NCBI GenBank assembly: GCA_963738475.1
Contig: CAVTWU010000008.1
Location: 8,605 to 72,604 of the forward strand
Direction: 5' to 3'
DNA: 64,000 bases
From: an uncultured Chloroflexia bacterium
Lineage (GTDB): Bacteria > Chloroflexota > Limnocylindria > Limnocylindrales > CSP1-4
Positions 21,313 through 31,551 of the stretch are shown here, piece after piece. The notes beneath the pieces were generated by a model. It was not told where the DNA came from and searched no databases. It worked only from the letters and a program-made list of their open reading frames with translations. Position 1 is the stretch's first letter, and each line of letters starts with the position of its first letter. A program made the translations under genes and the position numbers.

Positions 21313-22622
21313 ATGTTCCTCGACCGCGTGAAGATCTGGGTCCGTGCCGGCGACGGCGGCGACGGGGCCGCGACCTTCCGCCGGGAGGCCCACGTCCCGC
21401 GCGGCGGCCCGGACGGCGGCGACGGCGGGCGCGGCGGCTCGGTCTACCTGCGGGTCGATGCCGGCCAGACGACGCTCCGCGACTTCCGGTTCAAGCACCA
21501 CTTCAAGGCGACGCCCGGCGGCCGCGGCGAGCGGCTCGCGCCGCCACGGCAAGGCCGGCGACGGACCTGGTCCTCGACGGTCCCGCCCGGGACGGCCGTC
21601 TACGACGACGAGACCGGCGAGCTGATCGCCGACCTCGTCGCGGTCGGCCAGGAGGCGATGGTCGCGCGCGGCGGCCGCGGCGGCCTCGGCAACACCCACT
21701 TCGCGACGTCCACCCACCAGGCCCCCAAGCACGCCCAGAAGGGCGAGCCCGGCGAGGAGCGCTGGCTCCGCCTCGAGCTGCGGCTCATCGCCGACATCGG
21801 CCTCGTCGGGCTGCCGAACGCCGGCAAGTCGACGCTCCTCGCGGCCCTGACCGCGGCCACGCCGAAGATCGCCGACTACCCGTTCACGACGCTCGAGCCG
21901 AACCTCGGCGTCATGGACCTCGGCGACGAGGACGAGCGCCGGCCGACGATCGCCGACGTGCCCGGGCTCATCGAGGGCGCCAGCGACGGGGCCGGCCTCG
22001 GCCACGCCTTCCTGCGCCACGTCGAGCGGACGCGGATCCTCGTCCACGTCGTCGACGGCTCCGGCGCGCGATCCCGGAGTGGGACTACGACGTCATCCGC
22101 GAGGAGCTCGCGGCGCACGACCCGGCGCTGCTCGAGAAGCCGATGCTCGTCGCGTTCAACAAGATGGACCTGCCGGCGGCCGCGCGAGGCGTGGCCGGCG
22201 TTCCGGCGCGCCCGCGCGGCGGACGGCCTGGCCGTGCGTGGCGATCTCGGCGGACGACCGGCGAGGGGCTCGACGCGCTCCGCGCCGCGCCTCGCCGAGC
22301 TGCTGCCCGACGCGGCCGAGCTGGCCGAGCCGCCGGAGCCGGCCGGCGTCGTCGTCCACCGCATCGAGGCGATGGGCGACGGCTTCCGCGTCGAGCGCGA
22401 GGAGGACGGCGTCTTCCGGGTCCGCGGCAAGCGCATCGAGCGGATCGCCGCCCAGACCAACTTCGACGTCGAGGAGTCGGCCGAGCGCTTCCAGCGCGAC
22501 CTCGCCCGGCTCGGGCATCGACGCGGAGCTGCGCCGGGCCGGGATCGCAGGCCGGCGACATGGTCCGCATCGGCGCGCGTCGAGCTGGAGTGGGAGCCGC
22601 GAGCCCTGGGAGGACGCGGTGA
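21313..22622 (+). CDS. obgE: GTPase Obg/CgtA, several frame breaks
   Basis: ORF 21313..: [88 protein letters not shown]-terminal OCT-type segment [22 protein letters not shown]..; ORF 22143..22622 ends the gene. Confidence 0.9.
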
Positions 22623-23293
22623 CGACCGCGGCGGCGTCGGCCGCGCCGGTCGCCGGGCGCGCTCGGCATCCTCGGCGGGACGTTCGATCCCGATCCACAT
22701 CGCGCCACCTCGCGATCGCCGAGGAGGCCCGCGAGGCGCTCGGCCTCGAGCGGGTCCTGTTCATCCCGGCCGGCCAGCCGCCGCACAAGCCGGACCGGCC
22801 GATCACGCCCGGCGAGCACCGGCTCGCGATGGTCGAGCTGGCGATCGCCGGCAACCCGGCCTTCGCGCGTCAGCCGGATCGAGCTCGACCGCGACGGGCC
22901 GTCGTACACCGTCGACACGCTCGACGCGCTCCGCGAGGCGCGCTGGCCGCCGGCGAGCCCCGGACCTCGTGCTCATCCTCTCGGCCGAGGCGCTCGCCGG
23001 GCTCGCCGACGTGGCGCGAGCCGCGAGCGGATCCTGGAGCTGGCCGCGCTCGCGGTCGTGCCGCGCGACGGCTTCCCGGACGCGACGCCGCGAGCGCTGG
23101 TCGCCGCGCACTTCCCGGGCCGCGAGGACCGGGTCGTCGCTCCTCGACGGCCCGCGGCTGCGGCTCTCGGCCTCGCGACCTGCGCGCGCGGGTCGCCGCC
23201 GGCCGCTCGATGCGCTACCTCGTGCCCGGATGCGGTCGCGGCCTATATCGAGCGACCATGCACTCTACCGAGACCCGCAGGAGGACCCCCTGA
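22619..23293 (+). CDS. nadD: nicotinate-nucleotide adenylyltransferase, frame broken
   Basis: GTG 22619 overlaps the obg stop (GTGA). Own translation plus ORF 22079..23293: [72 protein letters not shown]. The c5 run at 23286-23290 sits just before a possible TGA. Confidence 0.85.
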   Translation: MTTAAASAAPVAGRARHPRRDVRSRSTSRHLAIAEEAREALGLERVLFIPAGQPPHKPDRPITPGEHRLAMVELAIAGNPAFARQPDRARPRRAVVHRRHARRAPRGALAAGEPRTSCSSSRPRRSPGSPTWREPRADPGAGRARGRAARRLPGRDAASAGRRALPGPRGPGRRSSTARGCGSRPRDLRARVAAGRSMRYLVPGCGRGLYRATMHSTETRRRTP

Positions 23294-23295
23294 CC

Positions 23296-23743
23296 GTGAC
23301 CGGACGCCACGCCGCCCCGTCCGAGACCGACCGAGCCGCCAGCGCGCCGACGGCCTGCCCAAGCGCGCGCGACGCCGGCGCCGAGCAAGCAGGAGCGCGA
23401 TCCGCTCGACCTCGCCCGGCGGATCGTCGAGCTGGCCGAGGACAAGAAGGCCGCCGACATCGTGCTGCTCGACCTGACGCGCGCTGACGACGCTGGCCGA
23501 CTACTTCGTCATCTGCTCGGGCGGCTCGGAGCGCCAGCTCGACGCCATCGCCGACGGGATCGTCGAGCGCGCTGCGCGACGAGAAGACGAAGCCCGATCG
23601 GCCGCGAGGGGACGCCCGCTCGCACTGGGTGCTGCTCGACTTCGGGTCGGTCGATCGTCCACATCTTCACGCCGCCCGAGCGCGACTACTACGGGCTCGA
23701 GAAGCACTGGTCCGAGGCGAAGACGGTCCTGCGCGTCCAGTAG
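23296..23743 (+). CDS. rsfS: ribosome silencing factor RsfS (iojap-like), frame broken; start uncertain
   Basis: Own translation ..[49 protein letters not shown]..; ORF 23462..23743 ends ..[30 protein letters not shown]. Confidence 0.85.
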
Positions 23744-23864
23744 CGCGGCGCCGCGGCCGGCCGCGGGTCCGGCCGAGCGGTGCGACTGGTGGGTCCTGGC
23801 GGGTGGCGGGTACCGTCGGGTCATGCCGAGCGCGCGGAGGTGCCGACTCCTAGCATCGCGCCGC

Positions 23865-24118
23865 ATGTCGCGCCTGCGCGATCGCTGCCCCGCCTGTGGC
23901 GCCGGCTCATCATCACCCGCTTCGACACGACGTTCCGGCTGCCCGACCGCAGCGAGCGGCTGTGCTTCGGCATCCCCGGCGGCCTGTGCGAGGACTGCTC
24001 CCAGCTGTACATCGACCCGGAGCTGATCGAGCTGCTCGACCTGGGCGAGGGCCGCTGCGTCTTCGCGATCGAGAGCGACCTCGTCGTCCAGGAGCAGGCC
24101 TGGTCCTCCGCCGACTAG
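23865..24118 (+). CDS. small hypothetical protein with CxxC...CxxC (zinc-ribbon-like), one frame change near 23905
   Basis: ATG 23865 MSRLRDRCPACGAG.. (ORF 23823..), continuing as ..IITRFDTTFRLPDRSERLCFGIPGGLCEDCSQLYIDPELIELLDLGEGRCVFAIESDLVVQEQAWSSAD (ORF 23780..24118). No family recognised. Confidence 0.4.
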
Positions 24119-25227
24119 ACCGGCCCGTCGCGCGATCGCGTCGCGCCGCGGCGCCGGCCCACGGCCGCGCGCCACGTGGTCGATCACCCACAGCGTGAAC
24201 GCCAGCCGACGCTGCGCCGCGTCGCTGACCGGTGTCCGGGCGCGCCCTTGACCATCGCGTCGAGCTCGAGCAGCCCGTCGAGCGCGGCCGTCGAGCTCCG
24301 GCACGCGTCCAGCCGCGCGCCTGCTCGCCAGCTTCTCGGCCCGGAACTCGCTGTCGATGCCCATCGCCTTGGCGGCCGCCGGCAGGCGCTCGCCCGGCGC
24401 CAGCCGGTCGCGCGATCTCGAGCAGCTCGCGGATCCGCCGATGGAGGACGGTCGATGAGGACCGGCTCCGGCGTCGACTCGAGGAGCCGGTCGAGCAGCT
24501 CGAGCGCCTGTCCGGCTTGCGCTCGCCGACCGCGTCGAGGAACGCCCAGATCGAGCCGGGACGCCTCGGCGACGAGGGCCCGGACGTCGTCGACGGTGAC
24601 CGGCGCCGCCGTCGCGGTAGAGGGCGAGCTTCTCGAGCTCCTCGACGGCCAGCCGGCGCCTGGTCGCGGCGGTCGACGTCGCCCTCGCGTGACGAACGCC
24701 GCCGACGCGCTGCGGCGAGCTCCTTGGCCGCGCCCGGCTCGAGGTCCACGCCCGCGCTCGCGCGCCTCGTGCTCGATCCAGCCGGTCGAGGCTGCCGGCC
24801 TTCGGGCGCCGCGAACGCCGCGGACCTCGCCGCCGGCCGCCGCGATCGCGTCGGCCAGCTTCTTCGGGCGGCGGCGCCCTTGGCGCCCGGTCTTCGTCGC
24901 GCTCGACGAAGACGAGCGCGTTGCCCGGGCGCGACCAGCCCGAGCGTCGCGGATCAGCTCCTCGCGTCCGGCCTTCGACCGGACGAGCGCGCCCGAGGTC
25001 GGTCGACGACGGCCAGCGTGCCGCCGCCGAACATGACCGCCGTCGCGACCCGCTCGTCGATCTCGGCGACGCTGGTCGCCGCGCCGGTCGAGCGCGCCAC
25101 GCAGCTCCCAGCGCTCGAGCGGCGCCCCGGCCTCCGTCGGCGAGCGCGGCCGCGAGCCGGTCGACGGCGCGCGTCGAGCCGAGAGGTCGTCGTCGCCCCA
25201 GAAGTAGGCGAGCGGCGACGTGGTCAT
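24115..25227 (-). CDS. holA: DNA polymerase III delta subunit, many frame breaks; stop inferred
   Basis: ORF 24184..25566 from ATG 25227: MTTSPLAYFWGDDDLS..ERWELRG... Later pieces ..VTVDDVRALVAE.., LELLDRLLESTPEPVLI, LDGLLELDAMVKGA. Position after comEA-comEC is the usual holA context. Confidence 0.7.
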
Positions 25228-25850
25228 GCGGCGCCTCGCGCCGCGGCCGCCGCGCGCGGAGCGCGTCGCCGGTCCAGCCCAGGCGGCGGACCTCGGCCGG
25301 CGCGACCCCGGCGGCCGCGACAGACGTCGGCCTCGAGCCGGCCGGCGCGCGCGCGGACGCGCCTGCCAGGTCGGCGTCGTCCCAGCCGTCGCGCCGGCCG
25401 TCCACGGTCGCGCGCCGGGTAGCGGCGGCGCCACGACGCGAAGCGCGCGTCCATCGACTCGAGGCGCTGGCCGGCGCGCTTGTCGGCGTAGGCGACGATC
25501 CGCTCCTCGCGGGTCGCGAACGCCGGCCCAGCGCCGGTACGCCTCGCCGTCGACGAGGCGCGTCACCGGGTGGCCCGCGACCGCGCGCGCCAGCTCCGGG
25601 TGGCCGTGCCGGGTCGAGCCAGGCCGCCGAGCCGTCGCCGTGCGGAGGGCCCGGGCCGGATCGTCCGCCGGCGAGCACCTTGTCGACGTCGTGGAGGAGC
25701 GCGGCCGCCTCCACGAGCCGCCGGTCCACCGTCGATCCCGGCGGCCTCGATCCGCGCCGCGAGCCAGCCGGCGACCTCCGCCACGGCGCGCGCGTGGCGC
25801 ACGAACCAGGGCGGGGGATCGAGGGAGAGCAGGAGGGAGGCGGCCTCCAC
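25224..25850 (-). CDS. HD-domain metal-dependent phosphohydrolase, frame broken
   Basis: GTG 25850: VEAASLLLSLDPPPWFVRHARAVAEVAGWLAARIEAAGI (end of ORF 25563..28526), then DRRLVEAAALLHDVDKV (ORF 23501..25867), ..ERIVAYADKRAGQRLESMDARFASWRRRYP (ORF 25224..25454). ATGA overlap with the holA start. Confidence 0.7.
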
Positions 25851-25863
25851 GCGCCGGGGACCG

Positions 25864-28526
25864 TCATCGGCTCGATGGTACCCGACGGTCGCCGCCGGAC
25901 CGGCGTCGGCCGGCGCGGCCGGCGCGGGCGTGCGGCGCCGGCGGCCGGCTCGCGTTCCGGGACGAGCGCCGGTCGACCGGGATCGCGCAGCGGAACGCGG
26001 CGACCGCGGTCGCGGCCGTCGGACCGTCGGCGGCCGCGGCGCGCGACGCGCGGCGTGGCCGACGGTCGCCGTCGCGCCCTCGGCCCGGACCGTCAGCCCG
26101 GCCGGCCCGAAGGTCGACGTCGACCGTGCCGTCCCGGTCGGTCCGAAGACCCGGGCGCCGGCGGCCGCAGCCGGTCGAGCGTCTGCGCGCGTCGGGTGCC
26201 CGTACGGGTTGCCGGCGCCGGCCGACGCGATCGCGACCCGCGGCCGGACGGCGTCGAGGAACGCCTGCGTCGTCGCCGTCCGGCTGCCGTGGTGGGCGAC
26301 CTTGAGCAGGTCGACGCGGGCAGGCCGCGCGGCGACAGCGTCGGGTCGATCGTCCTCCTCGACGTCGCCCGTCAGCAGGAACCGGCGCGTCGCCGACCTC
26401 GCCGAGCAGCACGATCGAGACGTTGTTGATGCCGGTCCCGCCGTCGGGCGGCTCGAGCGGGACCTGCGCCGCGGATCCGGCCACAGGACCGTCAGCGCGA
26501 TCTCGTCGACGGCCAGCCGATCGCCGGCGGCGAGGCCGAGCCGGTCCGGCGCGCCCGGCCGGCCGAGGCGCGTCGAGCCAGGCCGCATAGCCCGGGCCCG
26601 GGCCCGCGCATCCCCGGCTCGAACACCCGGCCGACCCGGTAGCGCTCGAGGAGGCGCGCCAGGCCGGCGACGTGGTCCTCGTGCGGGTGGGTGAGGACGA
26701 CCGCGTCGATCCGGCGGTCCCACGGCGGGAGCCGCGCGTCGAGCGCGACGAGCAGCCGGTCCGGGTCGGGCCCGCCGTCGACGAGCAGCCGGCCGCCGCG
26801 CCGAGCCCTCGACGAGGATCGCGTCGCCCTGGCCGACGTCGAGGACCGTGATCCGGGCCACGCCCGGCCGGCCGGCGCCGCGACGACCGCGCCGGCGACG
26901 AGCGACCGCGACCGCCAGGACCGATCGCGGCGGCCGGGTCCAGCGGCCGGCATGGCGGATCGCGCGGTCGCGGCGCGGTGCGCCGGGCCGCCGGCGGTCG
27001 GCGCGCGGCGTCGGGCGGTGCCGGCGACGGCGCCGACGGCCGGCGCCCGCCGGTACCGCCGATGGAGCGCCGACGATCAGCACGCGCGGCGACGACCGCC
27101 GCGACGACGTCGAGCGGCGGCCGCGAGCGCGACGCTCGCGAACGGGAGCGCGCGGCGGCCTCGACGATCGCGACGATCGACCGGAGCAGGACCCAGGCCG
27201 GGCGCGGCCAGGACGGCGCCGACGACCGGCGGGCGCCCGGCCGAGCACGAGCGCACCCGCCGAGCAGCGCGACCAGGCCGGCCGCCATCGCCGGGGCACG
27301 AGCGGCACGACCACGAGGTTCACGGCCGGCGCGACGAGCGACAGCCGCCCGAACGACGCGAGGACGACGCGGCAGCGTCGCCGCCTGCGCCGCGAGCGAG
27401 ACGCCCAGGCTCTCGGCGAGCCAGCCGGGCAGGCGGCCGCGCCCGAGCCGGTCGAGCGCGCCGGTCGAGCGGGGTCGCCCAGGCGATGAGGCCGGCGGTC
27501 GCGAGCGCCGAGAGCTGGAAGCCGGCGTCGCCGACGAGCGCCGGGTCGGCGAGGAGCAGGAGCGCCGACCGCCCAGCCGAGCGCGGCGGCCGCCTGTCCG
27601 GCCCGGCCGCTCTCGCGGGCCAGCAGCACGACGCCGGCCATCAGCGCCGCCCGGACGACCGACGGCCGACGCGCCGGCGAACGACGACGTAGGCGACGAT
27701 CGCGACGATCGTCACGACCGACCGGCGGCGCCGGCCGAGCCGCCCGGCGAACGCCGCCGACGGCCGCCGCGACGATCGCGATGTTCCAGCCGGAGATCGC
27801 GACGACGTGGCTGACGCCGGCCGTCGTGAAGGCGGCGGCGAGGTCGCGGTCGACCCGGTCGCGCAGGCCGATGAGGATGCCGGCGGCGAGGCCGGCCTCG
27901 GGCTCGGGCAGGACGGTCGGCGAGCGCGTCGCCGGCCGCGCCGGCGGAGCGCCTCGAGCGACGCGCGCCGGACCGTCCGTCGAGCGGTCGACCGGTCGAG
28001 CGTCCGCGCCGGAGCGTGCCGACGGCCCCGATCCGCGCGCAGGTAGGCGCCGTACGGCGAGTCGGGCGGCGGCCGGATCGAGCCCTCGACCGCGACGACC
28101 GGTCGCCCGGGATGACCGCCGGGTAGCGCGGGCAGCGTCGCCGCGACGCGGACGGCCGCGACGCGTCCGCGGTCGCCGGCGCTCGGGCGGCGGCACGAGG
28201 CGTCGCGCGTCTGCTGGCCGTCGCGCGGCGACCCGACCGCCTCGACCGCGCGGTCCACGGACCGTGCCCGTCGGGCAGCGACCCGGTCGCCGCCGGCGCG
28301 ACCGCCGAGTCCGGCCGAGCACGAAGCCGGAGCCCGATCGCCGACGAACCCGACGAGACGGCGAGCGCCAGCGTCGCGCCGCCGCGCGGCCGCGCCGACC
28401 GCGACGACCGCGATGACGCCGAGCCAGGCCGCGCCGGCCGAGCATCGAGGCCGCCGAGGCCGACGTGCGGGACCAGCCACGCGGCCGCGACCGCACCGAT
28501 CGGCCAGCGATCGCCGCGCGCGGCAT
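25864..28526 (-). CDS. comEC: competence protein ComEC/Rec2 (membrane domain + metallo-beta-lactamase domain), heavily frame-broken
   Basis: ORF 25563..28526: ..LAAGILIGLRDRVDRDLAAAFTTAGVSHVVAISGWNIAIV.., ..ITVLDVGQGDAILVE.., ..FLLTGDVEE..VDLLKVAHHGSRTATTQAFLDAVRPRVAIASAGAGNPYGHP. Other segments are in ORFs 25864..27288 and 26492..26953. Confidence 0.85.
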
Positions 28527-28527
28527 C

Positions 28528-29271
28528 TCAGCGGACCGCGACGAGGTCCTGAGCTTGTCGAACGTCTTCGCGCCGACGAGCTGCGCGTCCGCAGGTCGTC
28601 GACCGACGGCGAACGGCTGCTCCTCGCGCGCCGCGATGATCTTGCGCGGCGGTCACCGGCCCGATCCCGGGCAGCGCCTCGAGTTCGGCCGGCGTCGCCC
28701 GGTTGAGGTCGACCGGCCGCTGCCGCCGGCGCCGGCCGCCGGCCGCGACCGCGACCCGCCGCCGTCCCGCTCGTCGGCGACGCGGCGTCGTCGCGACGGG
28801 ACGACGACCGGTCGCCGTCGGCCAGGCGCGCCGCGAGGTTGAGCTCGCGGCTGGCGCGCGCGGCGTCGACCCGCGGCCCGTAGCCGCCGGCCGCCGCGAT
28901 CGAGGTCGCCGACGCGCGATCCGACCGGCAGCCGGAACACGCCCGGCTGCCGGACGGCGCCGGCGATCTCGACCACGAGGACCTCGTCCGCCTGGTCGGG
29001 CCGCCGGCTCGCCCGCGCGGCGCTGCCGCCCGCGCCGCCAGCGGGCGCGAGCGCCGCCGCCACCTCGAACGTCGACGCGCCGCCACCGTGCTCGCCGAGG
29101 CGAGCAGGAATGCCACGACGGCCAGCACGACGCCCCGACGGCGGCGGCCGACGGTGAGCGGCGAGACGAGGAACGCCGCGGCCGGCTGCCGGGGTCTGCC
29201 TTCGGCGGCCGCCGCCGGCGGCGGTGCGGCACTCGCTCGAGGACGCGCCACGGCGCGGCGGACGGATCCAT
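28528..29271 (-). CDS. comEA: competence protein ComEA (TM anchor, SLBB-like domain, helix-hairpin-helix DNA-binding end), frame broken
   Basis: ORF 27641..29251: GVVLAVVAFLLASASTV (TM). ORF 28653..29348: LVVEIAGAVRQPGVFRLPVGSRVGDL. ORF 28528..29271: VDLNRATPAELEALPGIGPVTAA ... DLVAVR stop. Confidence 0.8.
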   Translation of the reverse strand: MDPSAAPWRVLERVPHRRRRRPPKADPGSRPRRSSSRRSPSAAAVGASCWPSWHSCSPRRARWRRVDVRGGGGARARWRRGRQRRAGEPAARPGGRGPRGRDRRRRPAAGRVPAAGRIARRRPRSRRPAATGRGSTPRAPAASSTSRRAWPTATGRRPVATTPRRRRAGRRRVAVAAGGRRRRQRPVDLNRATPAELEALPGIGPVTAAQDHRGARGAAVRRRSTTCGRAARRREDVRQAQDLVAVR

Positions 29272-29444
29272 GTCGGCCTCCGGGGCGGGATGGTCGGCAC
29301 GGGCGGTCGTCCGCGGTGGGACCTGACGTCCCGCCGGGTTGGGGGCACTTCCGACCCGAGCAGGACGTCTACCGGACGATACCGATCGTCGCTTATCTCT
29401 CGCTTATCGAGCGGAGGGCGTCCGGCGCGGGCTATCCTCGGGTC

Positions 29445-29851
29445 ATGGATGACAAGACCGCGATCCTCACTCGCCTGCCGCTCTTCGCCAAGCTGGACCC
29501 CAGGAGCATCGAGGCCGTGGCGACGCTCGCCAACGTCGCCTCGAAGCCGGCCGGGACCGTGCTGATGCGCCAGGGCGAACCGGCCGAAGGCCTTCTACGT
29601 CATCGTGACCGGCACGATCCACATCGAACGCGACGGCGCCTTCATCCGCTCGATGACGGACGGCGGCTTCCTCGGCGAGATCGGCCTCATCGAAGGGACC
29701 GAGCACACCGCGACCGCCACCTGTGCGACCGACTGCGAGCTCGTGGACCTCGGTGCCCACGAATTCGGACGGGTGATGGCGACGTTCCCCGATCGTGCGG
29801 GCCCGGGTCGAGGCTGCGGCGGCGCGCCGGCCCCACGAGGACCTCGTCTAG
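29445..29851 (+). CDS. cyclic-nucleotide-binding domain protein (stand-alone cNMP domain), two frame changes
   Basis: ORF 29088..30044 from ATG 29445: MDDKTAILTRLPLFAKLDPRSIEAVATLANVASKPAGTVLMRQGEPAE. ORF 29605..: VTGTIHIERDGAFIRSMTDGGFLGEIGLIEGTEHTATATCATDCELVDLGAHEFGRVM. Inferred end ..PIVRARVEAAAARRPHEDLV TAG 29849-29851. Confidence 0.7.
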
Positions 29852-30301
29852 ACGACCGCCGTTACGAGGGAGCCGCTCCCACTCGACCCAGCGGGTCCCG
29901 TCCCACCAGCGGTGCCAGAGCGTGCCGTCGCGGCCCGGCGCGAAGACATCGATCCGGTCCGCGCCCCACGAGGACGCCGCCGGCGACCCGGTCAGTTCGC
30001 CACCGAGCGACTCCCACGGATGCCAGCTCGTGCCGTCCCAGTAGCGGTTCCAGAGCTCGCCGTCGTCGAGGATCGCGAAGACCTGGAGCTGGTCGACGGC
30101 CCAGGCCGTCGCGGCCGGCGCGGAGGCCAGCGTCCCGCCGAGCGACTCGGCCTCGAGCCACGCGCCGTCGGCGAAGGCCCGGTGAATCAATGAACGGTCG
30201 GTATCGACCCAGAAGGTGTCGATCCGACCGTTCGCCCAGGAGACGGCAGCCGTCCCGTGGGGTGTGCGTCCCATGGACGCGAGCCTACTCCGCGTGGGCA
30301 A
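29687..30301 (-). CDS. hypothetical protein with three ~45-aa Trp-rich repeats (DUF346 / PLL-type propeller-blade-like); the true 3' end may be near 29850
   Basis: ORF 29687..30301: AAVSWANGRIDTFWVDTDRSLIHRAFADGAWLEAESLGGTLASAP / AATAWAVDQLQVFAILDDGELWNRYWDGTSWHPWESLGGELTGSP / AASSWGADRIDVFAPGRDGTLWHRWWDGTRWVEWERL. The tail after the repeats is Arg-rich nonsense. Confidence 0.55.
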   Translation of the reverse strand: MPTRSRLASMGRTPHGTAAVSWANGRIDTFWVDTDRSLIHRAFADGAWLEAESLGGTLASAPAATAWAVDQLQVFAILDDGELWNRYWDGTSWHPWESLGGELTGSPAASSWGADRIDVFAPGRDGTLWHRWWDGTRWVEWERLPRNGGRLDEVLVGPARRRSLDPGPHDRGTSPSPVRIRGHRGPRARSRSHRWRSRCARSLR

Positions 30302-30545
30302 GCCCGTGCTGGAGGTCGTCGGCGACGCCGGCGTCGAGCCGACGGACGGCCGCCTCGGACCCGCGGCTCAGGGCCGCGAAGGCGCGCGCCGTGCTGGTGC
30401 GGACGAAGGATGGCCGAGCCGGCTGCGCCTGATGGGCGAGGACGGCTCGGCGATGGCGATCGGCCTCGAGGCCGCGCTCACGCGCGATGTCGAGGGCGAT
30501 GACGGAAAGGTGATACATGGTTGGCCTCCATGCGGTGCGAGTCAC
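30285..30545 (-). CDS. hypothetical protein (86 aa)
   Basis: ORF track only: MTRTAWRPTMYHLSVIALDIARERGLEADRHRRAVLAHQ... No recognisable domain. Co-directional with ORF 30597..30791. Confidence 0.35.
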   Translation of the reverse strand: MTRTAWRPTMYHLSVIALDIARERGLEADRHRRAVLAHQAQPARPSFVRTSTARAFAALSRGSEAAVRRLDAGVADDLQHGLAHAE

Positions 30546-30596
30546 CGACGGTCGGTCGCGTGAGCTCTGGTGAAACGAGTGCGATGAAGTGAGTGG

Positions 30597-30791
30597 CTAG
30601 ATCCGGGCGCCGCTGCGGCGACCGAATTCGGCCTCGCGCATGGGTCCGAGCTGCCCGCCATGGGAGCGACGGTCGTCGCGGAACGCGGGATCCGGGTCGC
30701 GCGCGGCCACCAGACGCGAAGCGTTGGCCCCGGTCCGTCGCGTGTCACGATGGGCCGGATGGGTGATCGGGTTGGTACCGGCTGTCATCAC
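30597..30791 (-). CDS. hypothetical small protein (64 aa)
   Basis: ORF track only: MMTAGTNPITHPAHRDTRRTGANASRLVAARDPDPAFRDDRRSHGGQLGPMREAEFGRRSGARI. First gene leftward of the GGTTAC-repeat spacer. Confidence 0.3.
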   Translation of the reverse strand: MMTAGTNPITHPAHRDTRRTGANASRLVAARDPDPAFRDDRRSHGGQLGPMREAEFGRRSGARI

Positions 30792-30811
30792 CGAGCTCCT
30801 TGGTCCCCGTG

Positions 30812-30910
30812 GGGTAACTGGTTTTGTGTCTTTAGTGGTTACTGAAGATTACCCTCTTGCGCGTAACCTGTCAACAGGACTAAAGTGGTTATCGACATGT
30901 TAACGGTTAC
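30812..30910. promoter_or_regulatory. divergent promoter/operator region with multiple GGTTAC / GTAACC-type half-sites
   Basis: Read directly: gGGTAACtggtt..cTTTAGTGGTTACtg..gcGTAACCtg..gaCTAAAGTGGTTATcg..tGTTAACGGTTACtc. AGTGGTTA occurs twice 50 bp apart, CTTTAGT/ACTAAAG are inverted, and the stretch is visibly AT-richer than its surroundings. Confidence 0.4.
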
Positions 30911-31551
30911 TCCTGGCACCCACGCCCACGACGTCGAACTCGACGACACGTTCGACTTCCTGAACACCTACGAACTGCAGGACGGGGTCCCGATCGACCA
31001 CCTGCTGGACCTCTCGATCGCGCTCGACTGGTTCGTCGACCGCGGCGTCATCCACCTGGAGGGCGCCGACCGGATCCGCGGCGATCTACGAGTCGCGGCC
31101 GGCCATCGGCGAGCGGGACCTCTCCAAGATCCGGTCCGTGCGACGCGCGATGCGCGAGCTGGCGGACGCGATCGTCGAGGGGCGCGTCCCCGACAGCGCC
31201 GCGCTGGCCACGGTGAACCGCGCGCTCCACGCCCGCCAGGTCATCGAGCTCGTCGCGAGCGCCGACGGCTGGAGCGTCGACCACCGCCACGTCGGCGACC
31301 CGATCGACGACGCCCTGGCCCGCGATCGCCGATCCGCTGGTCCGCGAACTGGCCGACGGCCACCCGGACCGGATCCGCGTATGCGCCAGCGACACGCTGC
31401 CGCTGGGTCTTCTACGACGGCTCGCGCTCGGGCCGTCGGCGCTGGTGCGACATGACGACGTGCGGCAACCGCGCCAAGGCGGCCCGCCACCGCGCCAGAG
31501 ACCGGCGCGCCGACGCCGCCGCGCGGCCCAGGCCTGGACCCGGGCCCCTAG
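30897..31551 (+). CDS. CGNR zinc-finger (ABATE-domain) putative transcription regulator, frame broken; stop inferred
   Basis: ORF 30885..: MLTVTPGTHAHDVELDDTFDFLNTYELQDG... ORF 31138..31455: AMRELADAIVEGRVPDSAALATVNRALH... Then ..RIRVCASDTCRWVFYDGSRSGRRRWCDMTTCGNRAKAARHRAR (the CGNR motif). Confidence 0.8.

Noticed and set aside
23751-23766. 16-bp perfect palindrome ccgcggccggccgcgg after rsfS, considered as a terminator
   Set aside because: No loop-friendly centre or U-tract is present. Such GC palindromes are frequent in this composition. It is left unannotated.
23501-25867. 788-aa minus-strand ORF spanning rsfS to the HD protein
   Set aside because: Only its first ~60 codons (..RRLVEAAALLHDVDKV..) and scattered pieces match real genes (HD protein, holA). 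The rest is antisense or out-of-frame to rsfS and the zinc-ribbon ORF.
29388-29408. Direct repeat tcgcttatc-tc-tcgcttatc and a TATCCT hexamer 7 nt before the cNMP-protein ATG (possible leaderless promoter/operator)
   Set aside because: It is plausible but rests on a single short repeat and a generic -10-like hexamer. It is noted here rather than called as a feature.
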